In this document: positions 21,176 to 36,173 of the stretch, piece by piece | Layout: every line of letters starts with the position of its first letter | Numbering within the stretch: position 1 is the stretch's first letter | Source: the human T2T-CHM13v2.0 reference genome, Homo sapiens | NCBI RefSeq assembly: GCF_009914755.1 | Contig: NC_060938.1 | Length of the DNA stretch: 64,000 bases | Direction: 5' to 3' (one strand) | The notes under the pieces: model-generated | What the model saw: only the letters and a program-made list of their open reading frames with translations | The model's database searches: none | Told to the model about the DNA's origin: nothing | Program-made: the position numbers and the translations under genes

Positions 21176-24100
21176 GAGAAAAGAAAAATGATTTTATAAT
21201 GTTTATTATTTTAAAGAGAAAAGTTCTGTAAGTATTACATCATGTTTAAATATAGAATAAGCTGAAAAAAGCAGAAATCTTTGCATATTAATAGAAAAAT
21301 CTCAGAAGTCTTTATTTATTGGCAAGTCAGCTACTCTAAGGTTGTGAGGGTAACTTACTGACCTGAAAAAACACATTTTAAACCAATGTGAGATGTGGCT
21401 AATTGACTAATCAAAGTAGGAAAGACCCAGATGACTTTTTAGAATAATTCAGATCAGAGTGGATATTGACAGGGCAGATGGTGAATGGCATTGAAAGACA
21501 ATGCCTTAATTTACTTACACTTTGTTTTCTAGTTTCTGTAATTTTAATTAAAGTGAGTAGAAATAAAATTTTGTCTAAGCATTTTTTCTTCCCAATATGT
21601 AAGGTGTTGACACATCATATCACTGAGTTGGAAAGATAAAGACAAGGGAAAGGATTAGAATTTGGTGTGAATTAACATATCACAGGGCTCTTGGGTCTGT
21701 AAAAGGTGAGGAAACAAACACATGTGTTAATGTAACTCCAACTGCAAAGGAAGGCTGTCAAGGCATGTGGGTTTGCTTGGCCAAAAGCTGTTGATTCCAA
21801 AAATGTAATTTCATTTGTTGGATTTTATTGTAATTAACACAGGGAGTTGCACTAGCTCAGAACTCTTATCTTTATTATCTTGGGAGAAGAATTATGAAAT
21901 GTGTGCACTTACAAAATAGAATTCGTATTTTGCAGAGGGCTATAATGCTAATGGGTCTTGGGAACCTTCTGGGATTATGAATTCAAGTTTACAGTTAGGG
22001 TTTCTGCTTTGCAATCTCAAATGTGGTTTACCTGGAACAGTTAGCATTTCATCTTAAATGGTATTTAATAGAACTTGGGAGCTCTTCAGAGCAGGAACTT
22101 CAATTTTTGTTGTTGTTGTTACCTATTGCAAAGCACTAAATTCACTGCTAGAGAAAACTAGCAGTTACTTTTATGTGTACATCAAATCGTTCTTTACAAT
22201 CAGATAGAGATCATCTCTAACATTTAACAAACAATTCAAAAAGGCACAAAGTTTACCACATTAATGTGTGTAGAGGATTCACAACTTTAATAATTAAGCA
22301 AAATCTTTGATACTTGTATGAAGAGAAGGTAGACAGGATAAACAACAGGAAAACTAACTTATGGATTTCTTTAAATAGTGGATAGGGACAATTCATTCCC
22401 TCAGATATTTGTAATAAAATTTTAGAACCAGAAAATATCTACCTAGGAATACTAACGCTCAAACTTTAGCATGAGATTGATCTGCAGGTCTGAGCTCAGC
22501 TAACAACTTGTATACTGTCAAAGCAGAGACTGCCCTTTCAAACCTCTCCTTGGGAAACTAATTAGCAGAATAATAAAAAGGCAAGATCAACTCTTGTCTT
22601 CCTTGTTGGGGATATAAAAAAACGGTAGTTCTAATTAGCAATAATTAAAATTTAATTAAGAAGCTCTTTGCAATCCTCCTCCCTGCTTCCTGAACTAGTG
22701 CTTGCCAGCTCTTGGTTGTGGAGCTGTTTTTATTCCCGTGGTGCTGAATCATGGCTTAATCACAAAGCCTTAGATCACAGCTTATCCAGCCCTGAGCACT
22801 CATCACCACAGCCTTCCAAGAGTAACAAATATATATTCTAGATTTTTTAACCCAAGCGATTACTTTTTTCAGTTTTATAATCATGAATTATGACTTTTTA
22901 CTTTTAAGCAGCTGATTATAGATGCCATTATAGATGATTATAGATGAATAAAAATTGCTTTTTATTTTTAAACTTATCTTTATATTTGTTCCCCTAGTTC
23001 TACCCCTTGTTGCAACAAAAGGATAGGAGACCTCCAAGAATATTAAATATTTGAACCCAAATTTCTACTTCTGTGCTTTAAAGTAAAGCAGGTAATTAGC
23101 TTAAGTATAAAAAACTAAAACATTGGTAAAACCCCAGATTTTAAAAATAAAAGTATTTGATTATATAAAAATAAAACAGTACATTGTAGATGAAGGTTAA
23201 GGAAAATAAATATAGTACTTGATGATCCTTACAAAGTGTATATGATATTCTAAGTATTAATCTGAGTTTAGGATGTTTCAAATTGTAAAAGGAATCCCAC
23301 TTAATTGTGCATTTTAATGTGGTTACAATGGTGAATTTCATATCATATGAATTTTATCTCAATAGAAAAAGGAACTCAAACTCTGACTTTGTCCTAGTTT
23401 TGGGTATGAGGATTAATCATAGTTTACAAAGAGAAAAAAAAGCCCCAAGATTTGATAGTTCATTATGAGCAAAAGAAAAAGGAAATAATCAAGAACAGAG
23501 GGAAATTAGTTTTTTTTAAAAGCCACTGAACTAAGAAATACAACCGTGGTTCTTTAATTATTAAGGGAAGGGCTCTGAATTTGCTCCATTATCTTAATTA
23601 TGTTTCTGGAGCAAACATTATTTCAATGTGATAAAAGATGACATGACACTAAAGGTAAAGCCTGAGCAGATGTTACATGAGTAACAAGCCAATAGGCCCA
23701 CATTCTGGTAATTTCTTCCCCACTAGACATGTTCTCATTAATCTGTGATTAATAGGATTCAAGTATAGTAAATGATGATGATCTATTGTCTGTCTTTGTC
23801 GAGCACCATGGACGGAGTAATTTGTCAGCTCAGCTTTTGTGTGACTATTTAATAGCAAAGAGGGAGAGAGAAAAGACGCTAATCTTCTAATTGGCATCTA
23901 TAGAGAAGGTCTAGGAGAATACTGCCTGTATGGAAATAGCCAGTGTAATTCCTATGCCTAAGGAAAGCAAATGCAGACTCTATGTATCTTTTATATAATT
24001 AATTGTGCCTTCTATTGAACAGAAGTTGGGGATGAGGATAAAGAAAAAACGGCAATAGAACAGTCTTAAGAGATCATAAGGTAACATTTATTAACTTATA

Positions 24101-24487
24101 ACATTTATTAACTTAGATATGAGGCTTTTTCAACTATAGTGACTTGCCAAAAAAGTGGGCAAAAGAAAAAAAAATAACTTCTTTTGGTTAAAAAATAGTT
24201 GCTCAGATGGACCAAAATAACAATGTATAAAATAAAAAGCCAGCATCATCGTCAGTACCACCACTAGCAACACAGAATGCCCTGATGTTATGATGGTAAA
24301 AAATTTAATACATCAATAAATCAATAAATAAATTCAAAACAGATGTTTTCAATGAAAATAATTTGATGATTAGTCCTGTCAAGTCTACCATAAAAACTTC
24401 GTCAAATGGCTATACCTTGGTGAGAATGATGTGTGAAATTGCTCTTTCCCTTTTTCTCCCTCTCCCTTTGTATCTTTAAAAATTTTT

Positions 24488-24790
<303 letters not shown>

Positions 24791-24869
24791 ATTTTTTTCT
24801 TCTGCACTCTTTTCTATATTTTAGGTTCTAGGTAGTTTACTGGTTGGTGGAAATGAAAAGGACAAGGTC

Positions 24870-25820
24870 TCACTGGGAGAAAATATTTGCAATGTATACA
24901 ACCAACAAATAATTAGTATATGCACAGTATATAGAGAAAGACTACTGATCAACCTTAGAGAGAAATTGGTGAAGAATAAAAACAGGCAGTTGACAGAAGA
25001 GGAAATCCAATAGGGTCCATGAACATATGAATAGATGTTCAATATAACTAATAATCAGGACAATTTAAGTCAAAAGAATAAGATGTCATCCTCGCCCATC
25101 GGATTAGCCAAAATTTAAAAAATGGACTAGATCACATGGGGACTTAAATATGAGTGGGAGTAAAAATCAGACAACCATTTTAGAATGCAATTTGTCAATA
25201 TCAAGTAATTCATTTTCAATTTATCAGTATGTATAGCAATTCTACTTCTTCAACAATATCCCAAAGAAACCCTTGCACATGTGCACAGAGATATCTAGAA
25301 GAATATTCATTACAGCATTGTTTATAATAGTGAAAAATGAAAACTACCTACATATTCACCAGGGATGTGTTCATACTATAGAATGCTATATAGCAGTTTG
25401 AATGAATACATGAATGATTATTACCAACATGGATAAGCCTTAAAGCTCAGAGTAAGTTAAGAAAATTTAGCAAATTTAAGAATATTCAGGGTATGCCACT
25501 ACTAAAATAGTTTTAAAGCATATGCAAAACAATAAAATGCATATATATTAATATATGGATACATACATATGTGATAAGACTGTAAAAACATGCATGGGAA
25601 TGACATAACACCAAATCCTGGATAGTAGTGATTATCTCTGAGAAGGGAAGGAAGAAAATGAATTTGGAAGGTTTCAACAGTATTTCTAGTGTTTCATTTT
25701 TAAAAAATGCAATAAATGTAACAAAATGTTAAGATTTGGTAATGCTGGATGATAAGTCTTTGTTACATTATTCTCTATGTTTTTATTTTTTATTCTCTAT
25801 TTTTGAGAATATTTTGAAAT
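24870..25820 (+). mobile_element. Degraded L1ME 3' fragment
   Basis: GGGAGAAAATATTTGCAA...GACAGAAGAGGAAATCCAA...ATTCATTACAGCATTGTTTATAATAG. Confidence 0.6.
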
Positions 25821-26124
25821 AGTTCATAGTTTCAAAAGTGGAAAAATGCACAAGGTAAGGAAAAAACATATGGTTTCTAATTTCCAGGTGCTACTATTGT
25901 GTCAGGTGAATAGACAATTCACAAATAGCTGTAATGTAGTTTGATAAGTGTTTCAATGTGGCCACAAAGTGCTATATGTAGATATAGATTCACACACACA
26001 CACTCTTTAAGATATATATATGTGTGCTGTTAAGACATATGACCAAATTCTTTTGGTATCAAGTAGTTGAACCAAAAAATATAATTGACTTTTAAATGTC
26101 TTTTCAAATTCAGACAGAAAAAAT

Positions 26125-26384
26125 GTGGTGGTAGCGGCAGTAGTAGCAGTAGTGTAGTAGTTTCTTCTTCTTCTTCTTCTTCTTCCTCCTCCTCCTCCTT
26201 CTTCTTTCTTCTTCCTCCTCCTCCTCATTCTTCTTTCTTCTTCTCCTTCTCCTTCTTCCTCTTCCTCCTCTTCTTCTTCTTCCTCCTCTTCCTCCTTTTC
26301 CTCTTCTTCCTCTTCCTTCCTCTTCTTCCTCTTACCTCCTCTTCCCTCCTTCTCCTTCCCCCTCCTCCTCCTCCTTCTTCTTTT
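26125..26384. repeat. Compound trinucleotide repeat (GTR)n then (TTC/TCC)n
   Basis: Direct reading: about 224 bp of near-pure pyrimidine at 26161-26384. Confidence 0.95.
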
Positions 26385-26598
26385 GGCAAAAGGGCAAAGA
26401 TTAGGCTGTAGTTTCTAAGAACAGCATTAAAATCTCTAACTTTATGCCTTTCATGAATTTGAGAAGCTAATTTATTTGGCCTCAAATAGTTAAAAAAAAA
26501 AGGTAGTTGGTGGGGTGGGGGTGGAATGGGGTTTTGATAGAGAATCTTTTAAGGTCTTTTCCAGTTTGAAAAATTTAAGATTCTATTTTTTTTCCTGA

Positions 26599-27649
<1,051 letters not shown>

Positions 27650-28559
27650 TAAAAGAAACAGCTAATTTGTTGTGATTAGATTTTGAGAAGGAGATCTAGA
27701 GATTCAGAGAATATATATATTCTTTATTCAAAGTACATGGAGAGAGCTGGAGAGAGATGCATCAGATTTTAGACTATGAGATCTGCAGATATAAATTTGT
27801 ATAATTGGGACTTCTGAGATAGGTAGAAATATTTTAGCTTATATGTTACATTTCTGAACCTAACAGGATTCTACATCAAGGATGATTATTTTTAGATCAG
27901 GCAATGAGCTGAACTTCTTTGGTCCCACATGCTGAGCTGCAAATATACTCCCTAGTGACTTTTTATCACTTAAGGTATTCTGCAAAGTATTCTCTAATCT
28001 TCCTAAAAATACTAATCCTGAGTACAACATGAAGGGACCAGAAAGCAAAAATGTATCTGTTTGTCAACAATGTAATAATTATTGTCTCTGCTCCTTGATA
28101 ATAATCTGGCTGGTAATAAACCTTTGATGGCCTCTGATCCTGGCCCTTCAGGATGTTGATTTCTGGTTGGAAAAGTTAATTCTCCTGGAGGATAACAAGA
28201 TAGAAAAAGACAGTCTTCTATTTACATTCCTCTGGCAGCCAGGTTTAAACATTAAGGTATAAAACCTCCCAAATCTCCTCAAACTGTGTTTGTTTTTGTT
28301 TGCTACAGCCTAAAAAGGAATCCTTCCTTTTTTCTTTTATTTCAGAAGCCTTTTCCATTTTGGTTGGTATGGATTATAATGTTAAGAAAGTACTGCGGAT
28401 TATTTGGGTTTAGTTGGAAGAAGAGACTATTTTCCATCTATTTCTTTCTTTAATCTCTTGTTTTTTTGGCTCTTATCCTCACCACTCTACAGAAAATATT
28501 CTAAAATTAACTGCTCCTGGCTAAACCTAATAGTCTTTTTTTTCCCCTTGGCACAGTTT

Positions 28560-29190
28560 TTTTTTCCTTTTTATTTTGAAATAATTATAGATTCATAGGA
28601 AGTCATGAAAATTAGTAGAGACAGATCCTGTACACCCCTCCCCCAGTTTCTCCCAATAGTAACATCTTACATAATAAAATCTTATATCATCTTATATAAA
28701 GAAATTGAGATTTTACCAGTTTTACATGCATTCATTTGTGCATGTGAGTGTATGTGGTAGTTCTATGCAATTTTATCATATGTGTAGGTTTGTGTTAACA
28801 CTACCACAGTCAAGAAACAGAACTGTTCTATTGCCACAAAGATCCCTTATGCTACCCCTTTTTACAGTTATACCCACTCCCTTTCCTCTCTACAACCCCA
28901 GGAAACCACTAATATGTTCTCCATCTCCATAATTTTATCATTTTGAGAATGTTGAATAAATCGAATAATATAAATAAGTAACCTTTTGAGGCTGGCTTTA
29001 GTCTCTCAGCATAATTCTCTTGAGAGCCATCCAAGTTCTTGCATATAATACTAGTTCATTCATTTTGATTGTTGAGTAGTATTTTGTAGTTTGTTTAACC
29101 AATCACCATTTGAAAAACATTTGGGTTGTTTCCAGTTTTTGGCTATTATCAGTAAAGCTACTACGAACTTTCATGTACAGGTTTTTGTGT
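28560..29190 (-). mobile_element. L1MC/MD 3' fragment
   Basis: TTTTGAAATAATTATAGATTCATAGGAAG...TTGGGTTGTTTCCAGTTTTTGGCTATTAT. Confidence 0.65.
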
Positions 29191-29603
29191 GATGAATAGT
29201 CTTTTGAAATCTTGAACTCCTCTCTGCTTTCACCATTATTGCTATTCTGTTCTTATGCAAAACCAAACCCTCATTGTTTGTCAAATATTGTTTCTCTTTA
29301 CCTCTTATGCTACCTGACCTGCATCAGAGGTTCTACAAGGCTCAGACCTTGGTCCTCAAAGGGAAGCTACTTTTGAGGAAAGGTTATGTACTCTCATAGC
29401 TTCAAATGCCATTTTTTGTGCCTTATAGATCTATATCTATAGACAACTAGCTATATGGTACGTCTACTTGTATATCATGCCAGTACCCCACCCTGAGAGC
29501 CTTCCTACTCTCACCATTCTCCTAGTTTTCTATGATCATAGTCTTGTAATTGCTTTTGATTCTTCCTTTTCCTTAGCTTTCCACGTTCAATTATTTACCA
29601 AAC

Positions 29604-30120
29604 TCTGAGGTCACCTTTTGATGAGCATTCACAAAGGAAACAAATATCTAACATTCTTTGCCCACTAAGAGAGATCTATCCACATATCTCTTCTCCAGAC
29701 CTCCTTGTCACCAATTTTTCCAGTCATGTTCCTTCTAAGTCACTGATCATCCAGCCAACTATTGGCTGTAGCCCATAAACCATATAGACTGATACTGTTG
29801 GCCATTTCTCCTTCTAAGCAAAATGAATAACTAGGTACACTGCTCAAGGTACCTTCTGGGAGGATTTACCTTCACTGCTGTCCTTCAGGGTGTCCCAGAA
29901 GGGACTGTCTTGTGTAGTTGTCCACTTGTGGGTTGTATTACATATTGGGCAGGATCATCTATAAATCAGGCCTGAGTTTTCTCTTCCTCAGTAAACTGTA
30001 AGGAACTCTCCATAAGGCTGTAGAGAAGGGGTCTTTTACTGCAAAGAACACTCAGCAGAATTCAGGGGTTCAATGCTCCCAGTTTCATCGGGGTCTTCTC
30101 ACATGTTCCCATTTCAATTA
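29604..30120 (-). mobile_element. ERVL internal fragment (pol, RNase H region)
   Basis: Minus strand GGGACACCCTGAAGGACAGCAGTGAAGGTAAATCCTCCCAG...GAAGGAGAAATGGCC...GTGAATGCTCATCAAAAGGTGACCTCAG resembles ERVL pol. Confidence 0.75.
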
Positions 30121-30733
30121 TTCATTTTGGAAAAGATGAAAATTACTTGACATAACCTGTTTATCACGGAAAGTGTGAGAAAATTTGTCCTCAGTCACTG
30201 TCAACATGAATACAAATTACAACATTTCTGGAGAGATGTATGGCAATATTTATCGTAATCTTAAATTGGAGTAATCTCTGATTCAGTAATACTTTCAGGA
30301 ATAGTGTCCTAAATTTTCCCAATAATTTATAATAGCAAAATAAAAATGGAAATGTCTCAAATGTCCACCAATAGAAGCTTAGATGGGGGAAAAAAGGTAC
30401 ATCTATACATTGTATACTATCAACAATTAAAAATGGGTAAGTAGATCTCATCTATTGATATGGGAAAATATTTAAAGTGTTGTCTAGTGAAAAATGACGA
30501 TAGTTTAAAAAGGATAAAGTCTTGTGTGTGCATGTGTATGTGCTTTGAGAGATTCTGAAAGGAGCAGTGGTTTACCCTAGGTGCTGGGAGTTCTAGTACA
30601 TTATACTTCATTCTTTATATTTTATATATTATATTCATATTTTTCTGTCCTACCAGAATGTATCATTATTAGAATCAGAAAAAAACTATTTTCACTAAAA
30701 ATTTAATTGCAGCCATCACTAAAGAAAATCTCA

Positions 30734-31020
<287 letters not shown>

Positions 31021-31249
31021 CACAAAGATAAAATCTCAAAGATTATTCACAGTATACTCCTTAATATACAATGCAGACGCAAGATAACAGTTAATGCCAT
31101 CTTTTGGTCACCTAAATAGTGACTAAACGAATTTTGTACGTGTTCGAACATTTCTTCCTGTGTTACTATAATTACATGCCCATATAATATAGAATGTCTT
31201 ACCCTGCAGTACCCCACTGAAGAGTTTTATTACCATGAAGTGACATGAT

Positions 31250-31440
31250 GTAATATAGTAGTCAGTTCTAGGTCTCTCTGGCTGGGAAATCTTAGGCAAG
31301 TTACTTGGCCTCTCTGAATCTCAGCTTCCTCATTTGTAAAAACAGTATCTGTACTACCCAATTCACAGAGTTGTAAGGATCAAATGAGATGTATGTGACA
31401 ACATTGTCTAAACTCTAAAATGCAGGTGCAGTTCTATTAT
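31250..31440 (+). mobile_element. MIR
   Basis: GGCAAGTTACTTGGCCTCTCTGAATCTCAGCTTCCTCATTTGTAAAA...GGATCAAATGAGAT. Confidence 0.75.
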
Positions 31441-31741
31441 TCGCATCATGTTTATTAAAATAAGTAAAACTACCATTAACAATTAACGCTACAGGGGGAT
31501 GAAATGTGCTCTAAGATAGGTCCAACATATATAAACAAGCTATGTGGCTGAGATCATCTTTCCTTTGCTACGACTAAACAAATAGCTTTATATAGTATGC
31601 CAGGCTGAAATGTTCTAAAGTGCCAGCTCGTTTCTTTTTTAAGAAACCACTAACTAATATACTAGTAAACCGGCAGCTCCTCTAAAAAATAGTGTTACCT
31701 TTCTGCAGGAACATCCGATTTTTCTCTTTCTGAAACTTCCA

Positions 31742-31870
31742 GGCTGGGCATGGTTGGCTCATTTCTGTAATCCGAGCACTTTGAGCCCAGGAGTTTGAGA
31801 CCAGCCCGGGCAACGTAGTGAGACCCTGTCTCTACAAAAATAAAAACAAAAACAACAACAACAAAAAAAA
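31742..31870 (+). mobile_element. FLAM/Alu left monomer
   Basis: Single monomer with an A-tail. Confidence 0.8.
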
Positions 31871-31952
31871 ATTCCAGAAGCTCTTTTCCTTTTTTCCATC
31901 AATTCCTGCCACTGCTCAAGTGCTCAGGTCCAAAGTGCACCATATCAATATA

Positions 31953-32337
31953 TAGTCGTGCGCTGCACTGCATAATGACGTTTCAGTTAACAATGGGCCA
32001 CATATACAATGGTGGTCCCATAAGATTATAATGGAGCTGAAAAATTCCTATCTTGTGACATCATCACTATTGTAACATCTAGCACAATGTATTACTCATG
32101 TGTTTGCGGTGATGCTGGTGTAAACCAACCTACTGCACTGACAGTAGTATAAAAGTACGGCACATGCAATTATGTATAGTACATAATATCTGATAATGAT
32201 AATAAATGACTATGCCACTGGTTTATGTATACCATCTAAGTTTGTGTAAGTACACTCTATGATGTTTGAACAATGACAAAATCACCTAAGGACACATTTC
32301 TCAGAATGTATCCCTGTCGTTAAGTGATGTATGACTG
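31953..32337 (+). mobile_element. Internally deleted Tigger3 (MER7/GOLEM) MITE
   Basis: TA TSDs, degenerate TIRs (TAGTCGTGCG...GTATGACTG) and the internal GGTGGTCCCATAAGATTATAATGGAGCTGAAAAATTCC. Confidence 0.85.
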
Positions 32338-32416
32338 TACCAGTGTCACTTTCAAGACAGAATGAGAACTGAAACTTTTGTCTTTTTACCCCAGTTGACT
32401 TATCTCTAGTTGGTAA

Positions 32417-32716
<300 letters not shown>

Positions 32717-34109
32717 GTGATTTGCTTTTTAATGTTATAATTATGTATTTTCATTTGTAAGAACTGCAGATCCAAATGTGAACAAACTGATTTTAAAGTA
32801 ATTATGGCCATAGCTATGCTTCCTATTACATATCTTTTGCTGAAGTAACCAGGAGGTAGGGCTGATATGGATGATAGTTTAGCCCATGTGGATGAAATAT
32901 TAAATGCCTTTATAGGAGCTGGTTTAAGATTCTGAGTTTTACATAAGAATAAGTGAGGCTGTACAGAATGTAATCTTGTTTCAGAAATAGCATCTTGTGA
33001 AATTACTGTTATTAGATATTGTTATTAGATATTCAACAGTGTCAGTCTCATTTGAATTGGGATAAGGCAAGAGCATAGGGATAAGGTAAGGTCAGATAAT
33101 TGCTTTTCTGGTACTAAAGTCATATTCTAAATCAATAATTATAGTTTGCCTTTCAGTGAACTAAGGCTTCGGATTACAAGTTGATTTTTCTTTTGTGGGG
33201 ATGAGGAAGATAGGTACTATCACATTTAAAATGATATCAAGCCTAGAACTTTGGAGAAAGTGAAATGGGGAGAATAATCTTTAAATCTAGAATGAGAATC
33301 AAATTTTAGACTCTGACATTCTTTCTACTGAAAATTATAGAATCACATTTTGATAGTTTGAACCAAATAAAACACAAAAGCAATTGCTAACTGTTGATAG
33401 GTAAAGGAAAAGAATGTGATTCAATCCACTAGGAAGATTTTGATCCAAAAATGAAACAGTTTTTTTCTCCCCTGCTAGTCAGGCAGAAATCTAATTACTC
33501 TTGTTTGATCTACTATGGAGAGGTAAATGTGAGAGGTATAGATTATGGACAGTTTTATGGATTTTAATCTTAGAAATCAACAAGTGAAGGTTTTACACTT
33601 GCACATAGTTACTTAACTGGTGTTAAGAATAAAACCTAATCAATAATTTTTGTTTTACTGTGATTTGCTCTAGTTCCAATTATGATGTTGGCTATTTCAT
33701 AGTCCCTTTGTTTATATGAATGCTTTAAAGATAATCTCTCTCTAGTTGAGTTTAACGTGGGACTAGTTTTCATTTCATACAATGTCTCAGAAACAAAACC
33801 AGAATAAAGGAAACTTAATAAAGACAAGTTCTAGGAAAATTGGGAACATAAAGAGAGATGAACTGAAATGAGTCTCTTTTCCTTTAAGTTGTGTCAATCC
33901 TCATTACTGTTTTGAATAGTTCAATCCAACAAAGCATGAGAATGAGATGGACCATATGTACATGACAGGTGTAAGGTGGAATACTCTTGCTTTCCTTTGC
34001 AAAATGGTGCAGTGAGAAGACCTAGGTTCTGGACCTGGATCTGGTCCTTAGGAGCTGAATGACCCGGTATTGAAAGCCTGATATAACAAAGGGCTGAGAT
34101 AGCATTCAC

Positions 34110-34270
34110 TGATCCCTCATTCTAGGCGTGGTGCTAAGTACTTTATACATATGCTTCCTTTTCATCATCAAAACAATTCTGTTAAGTAAATGGTATTATC
34201 CTTTTTTTTTTTTAACAGATAGTAGGACTGAACTTCTGAGAGGTTAAGCGACATGGCACAGATTACACAG
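34110..34270 (-). mobile_element. MIR
   Basis: GTGCTAAGTACTTTATACAT...TTAACAGATAGTAGGACTGA...GAGAGGTTAAG. Confidence 0.65.
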
Positions 34271-34299
34271 AAGAGAAAGATTTTGAAGATCAGATGAAG

Positions 34300-34465
34300 T
34301 AGTTACCTTGGAATACTGCAGAAGAAGGTATCCAAAGGTTTAGGGGTATTGGAATGTTAGAGTTATGATGTAAACCTGCTCACTCACCCAAGGAGGGTCC
34401 AGAGGGTACACCTTTCACCAGGACTGTCAGAAAGAAATTTGCGAGGGCACCTCAGCATCCCCTAA
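34300..34465 (+). mobile_element. ERVL internal fragment (gag)
   Basis: CCTTGGAATACTGCAGAAGAAGGTATCCAAAGGTTTAGG...GAGGGTCCAGAGGGTACACCTTTCACC resembles ERVL gag. Confidence 0.6.
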
Positions 34466-36109
34466 GTACTCTAACTCAAATCATCAAAACAGAGAGTCAC
34501 AGTTCCTTTGTAAAAGTATTTTAAAAAAGCAATTTGAAAATTGACAAATGCTATAAAAATTTCAACTACTGTTACTATTATTATTTTAGTCCTCAGCAAG
34601 GAAAATAAAAATTTGTTCTTTCTGAGTGCTCTTTCCAGACAGGCTTCCACTTATTCTGCATCAGTATAATAACTGCCTCCCAAAAAAGGGCATAATTAGT
34701 GTTTGCAGTTATTCCATTGGCCCTATTGCCACAATTGGTAGACACAGTTATTTTTGCCAAGTTGATGACTGGTCCAAGAGGAAAACAAAAGGAAATCAAC
34801 TTTTCTTACTATTCTGTTAGGACCTAATAAAATCTCAGTGTGTTAAGAAAAGTCATACACTTTATCATATGTGTGGGAATCACTGGGCTCTGATGACTTG
34901 CATCATAATAGGTCTCTTGGGAAGGGTCACTCTTTACTGATGACTTCACTGCCTTGTCTCTTTTTATGCACACAAGCAGGGCACACATAACCTATTTGTC
35001 AATTTCACAAGCACTCAGCTGTAAACAACAATGATTCTTAGATTATCTTGGTAGTTGGTGTGTCCTGAGAGATAAGACTGTTTTTTTCCCCAGCTGCCTC
35101 ACTCCTGAATGACCGGCAACTTCTTTAGAAGAGGCTGCTGCCCTTTCCCTTACATAAAGGTTATCAAAATACCCACCATCCAATTCTCTGTTTTCCCTGT
35201 GGCCATAACTACTATTAAAACAACCTTCTTATGGGAATATAATACCAAACAGTAGGGAAAAAGAGGCAAAACTTCATTCCCACGTTCTGACTAGGACTAT
35301 GTGGTTTGTTACATCTTTTCTCAACCAAATGTTACTAATGATACTTTCTAGCCTATTTTGCCTCCCAGGAGTCAAATCATCAAATACAGCATTTTGTTAG
35401 TTCTCACGACCCTGATGCATTCTGATCCCCATTTATTTAGTGGTGAAGACTGAGGGAATTCTCAGCAGGCCAATAATAGAAAGCATTAGGAAAAGCTCTG
35501 GACTGAGAAATCTGATTACATGCCATTCTACTGTATTTTGCATGTCACAAGTGACCTCTTTTAGTGTCTAAAGTTTCTTTCTCCATAAAAAAAGAATGTA
35601 CCTTTTTAGGGCTCTAAACAAAATGAGTGAAATATATCTAAAGTTGTATATGTGATCCACATCAGCTCACAATTGTTCTGCTACAATGACATGCCAACAG
35701 ATTTCCTCCTCCTAAGTTTCTTTTTAAAACTCTGGTTGCTTGGAAGCAGTATGGACATTGACAACGACAGGCCTTAAGAGCTATCTGGTCCCATTTTGAG
35801 AGCTGGGTCTTGCTTATTCTTATCCAAAAGACTTGAGAGCAGGGCCTGATGAAGTCTCAAAGTATGGAGCAATCTTATTGATTGAAGCCAGAAGGAGAGG
35901 GTCAATCCAAAATTTGGAGGAAGGCCACACAGGCATACCACTACTTTCACAGGATCTTTAAATATGTTGTTAGGTTATTATATAATATTATCTATAAATA
36001 CAAGATTAAATTATCATTAAAGAAAATATGTTTATCTGAGGCCCCATAACAACTAGCCACGATTTTTTTCTCTAAAATTAAAAATTATTATTATTATTAT
36101 TATTTTCTT

Positions 36110-36173
36110 TTTATTATTATTATAGTTTAAGTTTTAGGGTACATGTGCACAATGTGCAGGTTAGTTACATATG
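36110..36173 (-). mobile_element. Ultra-short young L1PA 3'-end insertion
   Basis: TTTAAGTTTTAGGGTACATGTGCACAATGTGCAGGTTAGTTACATATG, flanked by TSD AAAAATTATTTTCTT (left copy ATT-expanded). Confidence 0.85.

Noticed and set aside
26007-26485. Poly-Ser/Pro and Arg/Lys/Glu-rich ORFs
   Set aside because: Read-through of the TTC/TCC microsatellite.
28321-28372. Possible 21-nt micro-exon (acceptor at 28345, donor TTG|GTATGG)
   Set aside because: Weak donor and no supporting context; such motifs are common in T-rich DNA.
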